The notes under the pieces are model-generated. The model was not told the DNA's origin. It ran no database searches and saw only the letters and a list, made by a program, of their open reading frames with translations. Below, in pieces: positions 1 to 12,690 of a stretch of 64,000 bases of DNA. Numbering within the stretch: position 1 is the first letter of the stretch; every line of letters starts with the position of its first letter. The position numbers were made by a program, and so were the translations under genes. This DNA comes from Octopus sinensis (Eukaryota): NCBI RefSeq assembly GCF_006345805.1, contig NC_043011.1, positions 37,398,464-37,462,463 of the forward strand, read 5' to 3'.

Positions 1-91
1 GAAACTCATAGCTTTGCACAAATTAATTTTCCACACTAAAAAGATTTTAAAGTTAAATGTTGCCCAAATTCTTCTATGAACCATAGTAATT

Positions 92-138
<47 letters not shown>

Positions 139-1189
139 CAGCCATAATTTTGTCACCTCAGATTCGATATTATTAGGAAATGTTCGACTGGAAATCACGA
201 TAAATTGATTTCTTCAGTAGTATTAGTTTGTGAAGTTTTTCCTTCAATTTGGTTGGTCTTCGGTATTGTTGTAGGTCAGCTTTAAATAAACCTTTAATAT
301 AAGGCATATTACCGACGTTTTCCAGCCATGACCATACCGTCTTTTGTGTATATCTGGGAAACATTACCAAATGTGTTTCCCTTTAATATAAGTATAATAT
401 GAAGGAAATTTATTGCTACTTCTTGCAGGCCCAGGAACGACATACGAGCAACCAATTCATTTGGCTGGAATCCGTAACTAATAGTATATATACTGCTTCT
501 TATTTGCTAAGTAACTGAGCTGTTCAATACATGCCAGGAGTATTCTCACAACGGTTATATTAGAGCCTGGTAGGAACGTAGTGTAATTTCAGTATTGAAT
601 TCCCTGTAAAGCTTTAAGTAAAACGAGTAAATGTTTCCTAAATCAACCAAGACAGAGACCAATGTATTTCTCTTAATGACTAAGAGAGAGTTTATAAAAC
701 TTAGAGTAAGAAAACTACTTACCGCATGGTTTTTTTGTCAAGATACGCGAAGTAGGAAAACAGCTCTAGATGTGTGCAAGGTATTATCGTATCATTTGAT
801 TTAAAAACTTCACCGAAGATCTTTCCTTGCAAATTTCAAATCTACTTGGAATTTTGCCAGCAACTGAGCATCTTCCGTAACTATCCACGATCCTGTTGCT
901 TATAAAACAACTAATACGAGTGACTAAAATCAACTGGGTATACACATTTGAAAGTTCACCGCTTTTGCAGCGATTAATTTGAATATTAAATTACCGGTAT
1001 ATTGATGCTACATTCCGCCGCTATAATAAAGTGTAGAACATATCTCTAACTTTTTTGAATCCAACAATGTAATTTCCGAGTTATATAAATTTTACGTATA
1101 GATGTACATTGTGTTTGTGTACAGACAAAGAACTTCATACATGCATACTTCAACTTTAAAGCATGGCATAGTATGTCACGTAATAGATG

Positions 1190-1413
1190 TACGTTGGGCC
1201 TGCTGAATAGTTCCTGGCTTTTGGTAAAATATAATAGAGTAGGATCAGTTAATTATGATTTTATCCACCATATTCCCCTCTTAGGTTTACGTACTTATTG
1301 CGGTGTCTCTTCAGTATTTTGTAAGCCCTGTAAGAGCACTCGGGAGGTTAGGCCTGCAACAAAGCCTTTCAAGATAACTGCACAGCCTAGAACTTTCAGC
1401 ACACTCTCTTATA
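1190..1413. mobile_element. Mariner-derived MITE (~220 bp)
   Basis: Imperfect terminal inverted repeats (tacgttgggcctgctgaatagttcctggct ... agcctagaactttcagcacactctcttata) with TA ends; homologous copies at 2098, 29365, 30496, 60499. Confidence 0.75.
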
Positions 1414-1530
1414 TTTTAGAAATTGCAAACTCTTTTATTATCCACGCACCGTTGCGTAGAACACCGGTGGCACAGAAGACTAAAGCCAGTCATTCGCTAG
1501 ACCAATATACACATATGTATACATACATAC

Positions 1531-1571
<41 letters not shown>

Positions 1572-1659
1572 TACACACACACACAAACACACGTATGTAT
1601 ATTATAAATCTCCACGAATATATCTTTTCTAGTTTGCTTCCGCACAAGGTATTTTTACG

Positions 1660-1779
1660 TATACTATGAGCAAGGGAATTTATTGCCTCCATTCTAGCCT
1701 TAGCGATACCTGTGGACCAATGGTTTCTGGGTTATTTCCATTTTTCGGTTGGCGGCTACTCGACCTTGCTCATAGTATA
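1660..1779. mobile_element. 120-bp MITE-like element with perfect 16-bp inverted ends
   Basis: TATACTATGAGCAAGG (1660-1675) and its exact reverse complement CCTTGCTCATAGTATA (1764-1779) bracket an 88-bp spacer. Confidence 0.5.
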
Positions 1780-2097
1780 TGCTTTACAAGCGACGCACAG
1801 TCGCTGATCTCGTAAAGAGAAAAACGAATAGTTTAAAATCTCTGATCGTGTACCGAACAGTAATGTCTATTTAACAACACTATCTGGCAGTCCTACACAG
1901 GACGATGCTACTGCTTTTTAACCACAGGAAAACATCTTACCCATCTGGCTACCGACACATGGTCTCTTTCCGTTTATATTTTTCAATTACAGATCCATAG
2001 ATATACTGCTCTTACCTACATGCAGGATACTTACATTTCCCTGAGGTAAATACAGTGCGTTTTTATAAGTGTAGAATCACTGAAATGCACACAAACT

Positions 2098-2155
2098 CCA
2101 ACAAAGCCTTTCGAGATACCTGCAAAGCCAGGAACTTTCAGCACGCTCTCTTATA
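2098..2155. mobile_element. Mariner MITE terminal fragment
   Basis: aacaaagcctttcgagatacctgcaaagccaggaactttcagcacgctctcttata matches the right end of the 1190-1413 element. Confidence 0.65.
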
Positions 2156-2444
2156 TTTTAGAAATATATACATAATAGATGAAGAAACGGTTTGTTTGTA
2201 GACATAGTATATGGCTATGAAATTTGCTTATGTACTTGTAGTGTATTCATAGATGTGAAACATACATAAATATATACTGACATGTACATACCAATTGATT
2301 AAAATTCGTTTATCTCTAACGATATGCAAAATACATCGGAAAATTATAATGTTTCTCCTACCCATTATTCTGGTTAAATACAAAGCAGACAAACTTCAGA
2401 GTGTTTTGTAAAACAGATATTTCAATTCAGTTCCTGTATATGAT

Positions 2445-2498
<54 letters not shown>
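2445..2498. repeat. (GA)n microsatellite
   Basis: Direct observation. Confidence 0.95.
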
Positions 2499-2501
<3 letters not shown>

Positions 2502-3231
2502 GCATCCTATAGCATTATCTATTATTCACAAACCAACAAGGGAACTTGTTGATTTATCTGTTCCAAATAGCATTGAAATCTCTTTTAAACCATATCCTGC
2601 CATCTTACAGAAAAATAATCATGTTGAACCATATATCATTGTTGGAGTGTATCTACAAACGAAGACAGGATAACTATGCTGTGAATTCATATCAATACTC
2701 ATATATCTTCTGAATTCGGTCTAAAGAAGTTGTAGTTGTAATTTAGTTTCATATCTGAATCAATCGAAAAGTAACTATGTCTTTCTTGCCAGTTTCAATC
2801 AGGTGCGATGAATTTTGCGCTCAGTATATACTAATTCATTCGATTCAGTTTTCTGTCATACAAGGTGAAATCGTGGTACCAAGAAATGGAAGTCCTTATT
2901 CTTTAAGCATGGGATTGTATTTGGGAACCCTTTATAGGTGTAGCTTGCATTTCAGAGAATAACTATTGCATTATTCTATTAGGTAGTCAGATGTCAAAAC
3001 ACTTAATGTGCCAACTAAATTGTAACTGCATTGGCAGCGAAGTATGGATGAATGGTTTGGCGCAGAAGACATTTTTCTGGCAGAAACAGATTTAGTGTTC
3101 CATTAACGGTACGATGCATTTCTTGCGTAATAATATTCTATTGGATCAATTCCTTCTTCAAGAAGCTATAAGAGAATTCCAATAGAACAATAGAATCCAA
3201 AAGAAATGCTAAGCCATGGGCCGTTATACAC

Positions 3232-3885
3232 ACAGCTACTTCTGAGCTTAGAAAGGTTACGCACACCTGCATATGTCAGATTTCACGTAATAGAATAGTC
3301 TTTTGTTTTTATTCTGAAACCATTTAAAGTAAAGACCGTTGTTTTCTTAATCTTTAGCCGACATAATTCACATTGAAGCAGCTTGATGGTAAAATATCGA
3401 TACACTAATAAAGAAATTGCATCATTTAACTTTTAATTTTTTCATTCAGTTATTAAACAGCGCCATGTCGGGGAAATGCCTTGAAGAGTTTGACTCGAAT
3501 GAATCAAATCAATTACCTGTTTCTATTGGTTGCTCTTGCCGGAACGCTACGTTACGAGGATGTAAACACAATAACACCAGTTGGCAAGCGGTGGCGGAAA
3601 AAAAAATTACAGATTCAAAGACACACACACTTAGATATATATAATACTTACATACATACATAACAAACCAAGTCGCAAGTCTCTGGTCGCTCCAACGTTA
3701 TAGAAGAAAAGCTGATGTACCACGCTGTGGGATTGATCCCAAAACCATGCTGCCTGGAAGCAACGAAGCAAGCTTCTTACCACACAGCCACTTCTGAGCT
3801 TACGAAGGCAACTCACACCTGCATATGTCAGATTTTACTTTTTATTCCGAAATCAATTATAGTAAAGGCCGCTGCTTTTGTAATA
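3232..3885 (+). repeat. Diverged local direct duplication (~3232-3350 and ~3782-3885)
   Basis: Both copies read acacagc(t/c)acttctgagctta..aagg...cacacctgcatatgtcagattt...ttttatt.gaaa.ca.tt..agtaaag.ccg. Confidence 0.7.
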
Positions 3886-4394
3886 TTTAGCAGACAAAGC
3901 TTCCATTTAATGTGGCTGAATGTTGCTCGTTGCTGTTGGTAGTGATTTGGAATGGCTTAAAGAATGGCGAAAGTAGTAAAATAATGTTAGTCACAAGTAT
4001 TTGCCAGTTTTTAGAAAGACTGAACCGCTCTACTTACATTTGATGTATACTTTTTTGCTCACCTCGTTCCTGTATCTGAGCAATACCTTTGATATGCTGG
4101 AAGGGTTATATACATCCATGGATATCCAATAATTGATATAATGTTTACGATAGCCATAACATGTAAATCCAGGTGATAGACTGATCCTTTCTTAAGTCTG
4201 AAATTAAAACCTATTGTTAATTTTGTTTTTCGTTTTTATGTGAGTTTTCGGGTTTTCTATTGTTAAAATGGAAACTTACTTCTATATTGCCGTGTCAACG
4301 TGAGCTGTTGAGATGTTATGATTGGTTAAAAAATAGTAATGAAAGACTGAAACAAAGGTAGAAAGATATAACAACTGCTCCAGCAGAAATTTTG

Positions 4395-4585
4395 TATAAA
4401 GGGAGCCGACGACGGGGGTTCCAGTTGATCCGATCAACGGAACAGCCTGGTTGTGAAACTAACGGGCACCTGGCTGAGCATTCCACTGACGCGTGTACCC
4501 TTAACGTAGTTCTCCGGGAAATTCAGCGTGACAAGGCTGGTCCTTTTAAATACATGTACAACAGAAACAGGAAGAAAGAGTGAGA
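4395..4585 (-). mobile_element. SINE-C group 3' fragment
   Basis: ggttccagttgatccgatcaacgg...gtacaacagaaacaggaagaaaga is homologous to 21031-21370 and to the reverse complement of the 3' half of 51273-51592. Confidence 0.7.
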
Positions 4586-4826
4586 GACGTAAACACACCA
4601 GCATCGATTGTCAAGCGATGTTGAGGGGACAAACACAGACACACAAATATATATATATATATATATATACATATATACGACAGGCTTCTTTCAGTTTCCG
4701 TCTACCAAATCCACTCACAAGGATTTGGTCGGCCCGACGCTATAGTAGAAGACACTTGCCCAATGTGCCACGCAGTGGGACTGAACCCGGAACCATGTGG
4801 CTCGTAAGCAAGCTACTTACCACACA
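4585..4826 (-). mobile_element. SINE-B (CORE-type tRNA SINE), partial
   Basis: Reverse complement of tRNA-like head plus the MIR/CORE-like segment gtggcacattgggcaagtgtcttctactatagc, with internal (TA)n. Confidence 0.8.
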
Positions 4827-5350
4827 AATATATGCATATAAATATGTATATATATATGCATATAAATAAAATAACATTTTTTTGTTAAAAGCGTCGAGAT
4901 GTGTATTACACGATACAAATAAGATCATATTCATTTGCGAACACAGAAATGCCGCCAATTATCCTTACAAAGCAGAAAACCTTGTCGACAAACCACCATG
5001 CGACTCCAAACCATATCATTTGAGGACTCTGACCAAGCGCTTTACCATTAAGTTACACTGACTGATGACAAATTAATCCGCAAATTTAGACATTATAAAG
5101 CTAAATGTACAAAACCGTATACATATGTATATGAAAAAAAAACAAACTAACATTTGCTTGCTTTTATAAACGTCGAAATATGTATTGTAAGATACAAATA
5201 CGATAATTTCTTTTCGAGCGCAGAAACGCTGTTAGAACATCAGAAATATGGGGTAAATTACCATTACAAAGTGGGAAAAGGAGTCAATAACAGTCATGGG
5301 ACTGTTTGTATTTATATACTTTATAGCTCTTCTAACAGTGCTTCCGCAAT

Positions 5351-5681
<331 letters not shown>

Positions 5682-5974
5682 ATATTTCGGAATGGTCATT
5701 TTGCCAGTTTAGCCAATAAAAACACACACATATATTTGGTGTTATTTTGCTTCAGTGTTATTTATTTTTTACATTAATCTTAATCTTATTTCGGCCAGAG
5801 TTCTTTCGTCACACTCCTGTGACCGCATCAGTGGTCCTTTGTTTTCTTCTTTCTTATTTGATGCGGTCACAGGAGTGTGACGAAAGAACTCTGGCCGAAA
5901 TAAGATTAAGATTAATGTAAAAAATAAATAACACTGAAGCAAAATAACAAAAGGGATTTTAACAACATACACTT

Positions 5975-6350
5975 ATACATACATACATACATACAGACAG
6001 ACACATAGACACACAGACACAGAGACATATAGATAGACAGGTAGACAGACAGACTGACAGGCGGATGACGGACGGAGAGATAGATAGATAGAGAGATAGA
6101 TAGATAGACGGACAGACAATCAGACGGACGGATGGATTAAAGATAGATTGATAGATAGATAGATAGAGAGAGAGACAGATATACAGACATACAGACAGAT
6201 AGACAGACAGATAGACAGACAGATAGACAGATATATAGATAGACAGATAGAGAGATAGAGAGAGAGAGAGAAGCAGATAGATAGACAGACATACAGACAG
6301 ATAGACAGACAGACAGACAGATAGACAGACAGACAGACAGATAGACAGAC

Positions 6351-6389
<39 letters not shown>

Positions 6390-6402
6390 CAGATAGATAG
6401 AT

Positions 6403-6490
<88 letters not shown>
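5975..6490. repeat. (GATA)n/(GACA)n compound microsatellite
   Basis: Direct observation. Confidence 0.95.
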
Positions 6491-6492
<2 letters not shown>

Positions 6493-6748
6493 AAAGATAT
6501 GAGTATGGAAATAAAAAGGAAGTTTTGATATAAGTTCTTTCTGCTGCTGAGAGGCTCGTCATTGCATAATTGAAATACAGAAGAAATGGCGAGGACACTT
6601 CATCTATATTGCATATCAAAGTATCCCCATGTCTACGGATAATTATTCGATGGAATATTTCATGAAACTCAATCAAGGTTGAAGCCGATAGAATGCGCCA
6701 TTCATTCTGGACTTCATGAAATGAATATCAGATGAAATACCAATTCAT

Positions 6749-6749
<1 letters not shown>

Positions 6750-6801
<52 letters not shown>

Positions 6802-6869
6802 CATGTACGTGTGTATATAAGCTGATATATATATATATATAAATACATACATGTACGTGTGTATATAAG

Positions 6870-6930
<61 letters not shown>

Positions 6931-6954
6931 CATACATACATGTGTGTATATAAG

Positions 6955-6998
<44 letters not shown>

Positions 6999-7025
6999 TG
7001 TCGTGTGTATGTATATAATATATAG
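6750..7025. repeat. (TA)n array with a triplicated spacer (acatacatgtacgtgtgtatataagctga)
   Basis: The spacer recurs near 6798, 6845 and 6932, separated by variable (TA)n. Confidence 0.85.
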
Positions 7026-7575
7026 ATATCGATTGGCAATATCCTCCCGTATTAAAGAAGGGTTCCGTAATGAACATATAAATCACTTTTGTAATTGTAA
7101 ATACGCATCATATGTTGGAGCAAGCAACGCAACATCACAAGTCTAATAATGATAGCCTGTTGTTGGACATTTATCAATAAATTAGGGACGATGATTAAGT
7201 TATCTATAGCTTCTTAGAGAGAAATATAATTTCCGACACACATTTTCACTATCTATCTGCTTACCGTCTGATACGAATATAATTTCATAAATACAATGTA
7301 ATAACATTTACACAAATGACAAGCTTGGTTGGAGAAAAATACTCAAATTATCGATATATAGAGATGTATGAAGTGTTTGGGAATAGGGTTTGGTGATTAC
7401 TTATTCAAGTGAAAAACTAAAAGTTCACACTTGCTTTAGCTAAATCAATTATATTATAAATAAGAATGGAAATGTCTAGAAAAATTATATCGACGGTATG
7501 AGACTAAACATAAACAATTTCATATATCTCTGTACGTTCAGATGTATATAGATATATGCATATATATATATATAC

Positions 7576-7660
<85 letters not shown>

Positions 7661-8544
7661 CATATATATACATATTTATATGTATTTATATATGTGTATT
7701 GATTGATTGGAAGCCTGTGCTTCAAAACTTATGGTCGGTTTCTAGTTTGGTCAATCAATATTGTCTATTTATAGCACTATATTCTTCTGCTGGTTGTGTT
7801 GTATTATATCAACAGAAGTTCATCTGGGAATTCGTATACTCATACATATCTACATACGCATACGCAAATATATTCATACATACGCAGATACGTACTTAAG
7901 CTTCTACCAATCCACCAAATATATATATATATATGTGTGTGTGTGTGTTTTATTGTATGTATGTATATTCGTATGTACATATATGTATATATTATAAAGA
8001 AAGAATGGACAATGAAGAAGCAAATTATAGTATTATTTTACAACATGTAATTTATAATTCAAACCTAATTGCACAGTAAGAAATTAGACATTAAGAAATA
8101 ATGCATACAGTATTTTAGAGTTATTTCCAGAATAGCTGTGCATATGGTGTATCATTCAGCAAAGATTTCCAATTAACCCAACTATACCGTCTTGAGAAAC
8201 GAAAAATTATGGAATATCTTCAATAAAGGATATTTGTATCTACCAACTCTATGATATATATTTGACTATATACCAGCGTAATTTGAGAACTCATATCTAC
8301 TGATTTATTACAAAGCTAATGCGTTCAGCAGGCTCAGTCTGATCTAACGATGATATCGGCTACTGAAGACGATAAAAAACAGCCACAAATGCGTTTGTAT
8401 GTAGCGTTCAACAGAGGGCGTTTTGAGCTGATATCGGTGTTTTTATCTATTTTTCCTTTGCCTTTACGAGTTTATATCCTCCCCAAACATATTTGAACTA
8501 ATCTAAAGTTTATTTATATATACATACTTTTATTATTCCTTCAT

Positions 8545-8900
8545 GCAATTCAGCCTAAAGGATGTGGCCACGCAGAGGCATCACCAGTATTGACACATTT
8601 TCCGTGGCCATTCTTTTGTGATTGGCCTTCGGTGAAAAAGTGAGTTCGATATTGCTGCAATCTTTTCAGCTTATTTTCGTGAGGTAGGTTCGTTTGGGAC
8701 ATTGGACAGGAAGAGCTCAAGTTGCTTCTTGAACACATCTAACTCTGCTCCATGTAGATCTCTCAGATATTTTGGCAAAATTCCAAACAGCTATGCGCCT
8801 TTGAATACCAAACTATTATATACATGGTACTAACTCTAGAAGGGATGGGTGTGATGCTTGGAATATTGCTGTGACATACACTTTGAGGACTGATAATACT
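8545..8900 (-). mobile_element. CR1/L2-group LINE 3' fragment (decayed ORF2 C-terminus plus 3' UTR)
   Basis: Minus-strand translation FKGA*LFGILPKYLRDLHGAELDVFKKQLELFLSNVPNEP fits the GPxLFNxLP...FKxxLDxFL C-terminal motif of CR1/L2-group ORF2; premature stops present. Confidence 0.7.
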
Positions 8901-9139
8901 CAGATGCCAAACCCTGTAGTGTCTTTCATACGTTTATCACAGCATTGTTTATCCCCGCAACTCCCGTGTCTGGCGCCACGGATTTGCGTGCTAACTCATT
9001 CAGTCTCTCCCAGTAGCCAAGGTATTCAAATCATGCCTTTTTTCTGACGTACGAGACTGGGCTGACTATGAAGGAGTGATACTAGACCTGCGAAATCTAG
9101 CATGCTGTAATTTCAGCACTTCTAATTAAGAAACGCAGT

Positions 9140-9910
9140 GTTTTATACCAGGTAAACTGACATCTAACTCTTCAAGGAAGACTTCAAAAGTAACTAGGAC
9201 TGATTTCTCTTCAAAATGAGCAAAGTTTGGCATCGTGGTTTTATCAAATAACTACAGAAAATGGATTCAGATTCCAAACGTATTCACGTTCACATGAATG
9301 CTACATTAAGGGGAGATGCCCTAGCTTTATCAACAGTTCAAATATGGGCAGCTGAATTAAGGAGAAAGGAGAGTCTTGGAGATCTATGTTCTGCAACGTC
9401 CACTCCCGCGAAAAACATTGATTGTATTCACCACATGCTGATGGATGACAAGCGCTTTACTATAATTCAAAAAGGTAATGTTGTTAGCATAGCCCAGGAG
9501 AGAGTTGAAAATACACTGTATAATGGGCGTGACGAAAGAGTCTGCAATGTGAGTACCAGGTCTTCTCACACCTGCTCAAAAGCGCAACAGGATGATCACA
9601 TCATGAGGAAATCTGTCATTGTCTTAAGCATATCTATCTGGATTTCTCGAACGTTTATTTACCCAGGACGAGTGTTTCGGTCATTTTGAGCCAGAGAAAA
9701 AGAAAATTCTATGCATGGGACACCCATCCTCACCAGCTCAAAAGTAGGCCAAGGTTGTTTTGTCTACAGGGAAGATGCTCACCTCAGTTCTTTTGAGAAT
9801 GCAAAAAGCATTTTATTTATAGTATATCTTCAAAAGGACCACATCATCATTGAGATATATTGTGCCAAATTGTTGTGGAAGTTGCGAAAGTCTGTAAAGA
9901 CTTAAGAGGT
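9140..9910 (+). mobile_element. Decayed mariner (Tc1/mariner) transposase
   Basis: From ATG 9216: MSKVWHRGFIK*LQKMDSDSKRIH...LSTVQIWAAE...NIDCIHHMLMDDKRFTIIQ...ISQERVENxL-like segment (mariner HTH region); later YCAKLLWKLRKSVK resembles the YYxxLLxxLRxAIK motif; stops and deletions present. Confidence 0.85.
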
Positions 9911-10149
9911 GTTTCATCAGATCAATAAATTCTCATGCTGAAATGATTCAAGCTCCGCTTGTAATTTGCCACAGGTGAGTAACCGCAGTTGACAGCAGGT
10001 GTTCAAGCGGTTCTGGGCAAATGACTCCCATAGACCCCATGTGTGTGCGTATGTGTGTGTGCATGTGTGTGTACCTGTGTGTGTGTACTCTGAAAAACAA
10101 ACGACTTATGTTAGAAGGTACTTGGAAACATATATATATTATATATATA

Positions 10150-10184
<35 letters not shown>

Positions 10185-12296
10185 CATGCATTGTTTAGCT
10201 TTTACATTCGTATAGATCCTATACGTTACTCTGGTTACGATTTCGACTGTTCCATAGCAGTATGTTACATATTATGTTGTTATGCGCAGAGGAAAGTAAA
10301 AAGAAACTTTATGAGTTGTTTATAGCTCATATATCTTCATAGAGAGAATCCATTACATACATACATCCATGCAGATATAACTGTTTCTGCTGCATTCATA
10401 TAATATATATCTATGAATGCATGCGAAGTATCTTACTACACCCGTAATTTAAATACTCGACATATCTGCTAAAATCACCAAATTTTATTTTAAGAATTCT
10501 TATTTAAAATGAAAATAAAGAAAAAATAATCTTTTATATAAGAGTGCCCCATGCATATAGGTTTACAGATAGATAAATCAATAGATAAATATATACATAT
10601 ATATATATATGTGTGTGTGTGTGTGCTCGCATGCGTGCGTCTTTCTGTGCTTAGAAGAAATGTGGCACATATATACATACATACATGGATGCATATGTAC
10701 ATGATTACATAGATAAACAGGTAAGCAGACAGACAGACAGACAGACAGGCAGAGTGATATATAGTTAAAAATGATACATATGATACGAGGGAGATTATAG
10801 TGGAACCAGAGAGCAAATCAAACATGGATTCAGACGAAAGCAAAAGCACATGACAAAAACAAAAAGAGCGGGAATATAAAGCATACAATGTAAAGTAGAA
10901 TTAGAGAATATTTTAGGATCTCAAGTGGATAAATGTTCATGAGAGAGAAAATTATATGAAGAGGTGCATGGGAATGAGAAAACTGTGTGAATGCAGATTT
11001 AAGATATTGTTTTACATGGCAGGTGTGTATGTTTATATATATATTTTTATATATTTCTATTAATGAATTTGTTTGTCTACCTGAATAGTTTTGATGTGAT
11101 TCAATGAGAAAAGATAAAAATAAATTAAACTTGTTTAGTTTCATGACGAATTACGTTTAATGAAGACCGCTTTCACCTTCATAATCCCGAGACTAATTTA
11201 ATTTTTATCAAAATGAATTAACGGTTTAGATTTGTGTTTATTTTTCTTATTCTTACTACTCGCACCTGCGAACTGCATCGAGCATACCCCTTATCCATCT
11301 ACATTGTGAACTAGTATAATCAGATGTAAAGCTTGAGAACACCTCATGCCTACACATCAAAGTGAGATCAATATCCACAACCATGGATTCCTAAAAAGCT
11401 GCCGTCATCACCAGTAAACAATAATCCCCACTCCATCAGGAATGAAATAAACGTCACGACGATCACCTAAATCACCAGAAGTAACAAGTAAATTACTTTT
11501 GCAAATATCAGCATCCAGTTTATGAAAGTTGAACATTTACGTGGTCAGATTTTGCATCGCTAAATCGCAGAGATATTTTCTTTTAAAATATGTTCTCCAC
11601 TCCAACTGAAAACTTTTAACTCATCTCTTTAGCACAGCAAATATATCATGTTCCACCATGGGAAGTAGGATTTATATCAAGACGAATACGACCAATGTTT
11701 TCAAAATATTTCATAATATAGAGTAAAAAGAAAATATATTTGGTATCAGTTACGCAGAAATATCAGTAGGTATAGTGGTTTGCTGGTTCGTGCCATATCA
11801 TTCGTACTACAAATGGCGTACTTTTCCGTTGACTATTAAGCCATTGTTTTTTGTGAAATTAAAAGGGATTGAATCGTGCTGCTCAACGGGAAATATAGGA
11901 TTTAATTTTAAGATGTTCCGGATGCTGATTTTCATAGTCATGAAATCCCGTTGTCGTCCCTACATTGGTACGCAACACATCTCTTGTATTGTTCGTAGTA
12001 ATGAAAAGGAATCTTGACGTTCTTGTTGTAGTGTGTCTTCGATGTTTTGATGTTAACTACAGCTGGGCCGCTTCAATTAATACCTCTAGGATAGAGGTTA
12101 TGGATAATTAATTCCAAAAGACAACTAATAAATTTAACGAAGTTAGATACCTCACGACTTTGATTGATTGATCAATATTCATCGTTTCGCATGGTCGAAC
12201 GACGCTGCAAAATGACAGAAAAGTTACATAACAGAAATACACATATACACAGACAAGCTCATACCTATATGTATTCGTATGTGTAGATATATAAAA

Positions 12297-12332
<36 letters not shown>

Positions 12333-12374
12333 TTATATAGGTACATATATATATATATGTGTGCATATATATAC

Positions 12375-12438
<64 letters not shown>

Positions 12439-12474
12439 TCATATACATATGTATGTATATAATATACATACACA

Positions 12475-12690
12475 CGGTGAGCTGGCAGAAACGTTAGCAC
12501 ACCGCGCGAAATGAATAGCGGTATTCCGTCTATTTATATTCAGAGTTCAAATTCCTCCGAGGTTGACTTTGCATTTCATCCTTTGGGGATCGATGAATTA
12601 AGTACCAGTTGCATACTGGGGCCGATCTAATCGACTGGCTCTTCTCTCCCAAAATTTCGGGCTTTGTGCCTAGAGTAAAGAAGTATACAT
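12475..12690 (+). mobile_element. SINE-A, tail-2 variant
   Basis: Head ggtgagctggcagaaacgttagc, B-box-like gagttcaaattcc, central gactttgcatttcatcctttggggatcgatgaattaagtacc, tail gtgcctagagtaaagaa. Confidence 0.85.

Noticed and set aside
1991-2043. Micro-exon candidates with AG/GT ends (also ~15912-15966 and ~19921-19995)
   Set aside because: Short open frames between AG and GT are expected by chance; they do not join into a coherent protein.
9968-10030. Cluster of four E-boxes (CANNTG) with a CAG|gtgagt donor
   Set aside because: Short degenerate motifs with no independent support; adjacent to a mariner fossil.
11266-11466. Minus-strand exon candidate (VIVVTFISFLMEWGLL... or ESMVVDIDL...)
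   Set aside because: The 201-nt version has stops in all frames; the shorter version has a weak donor and no recognisable product.
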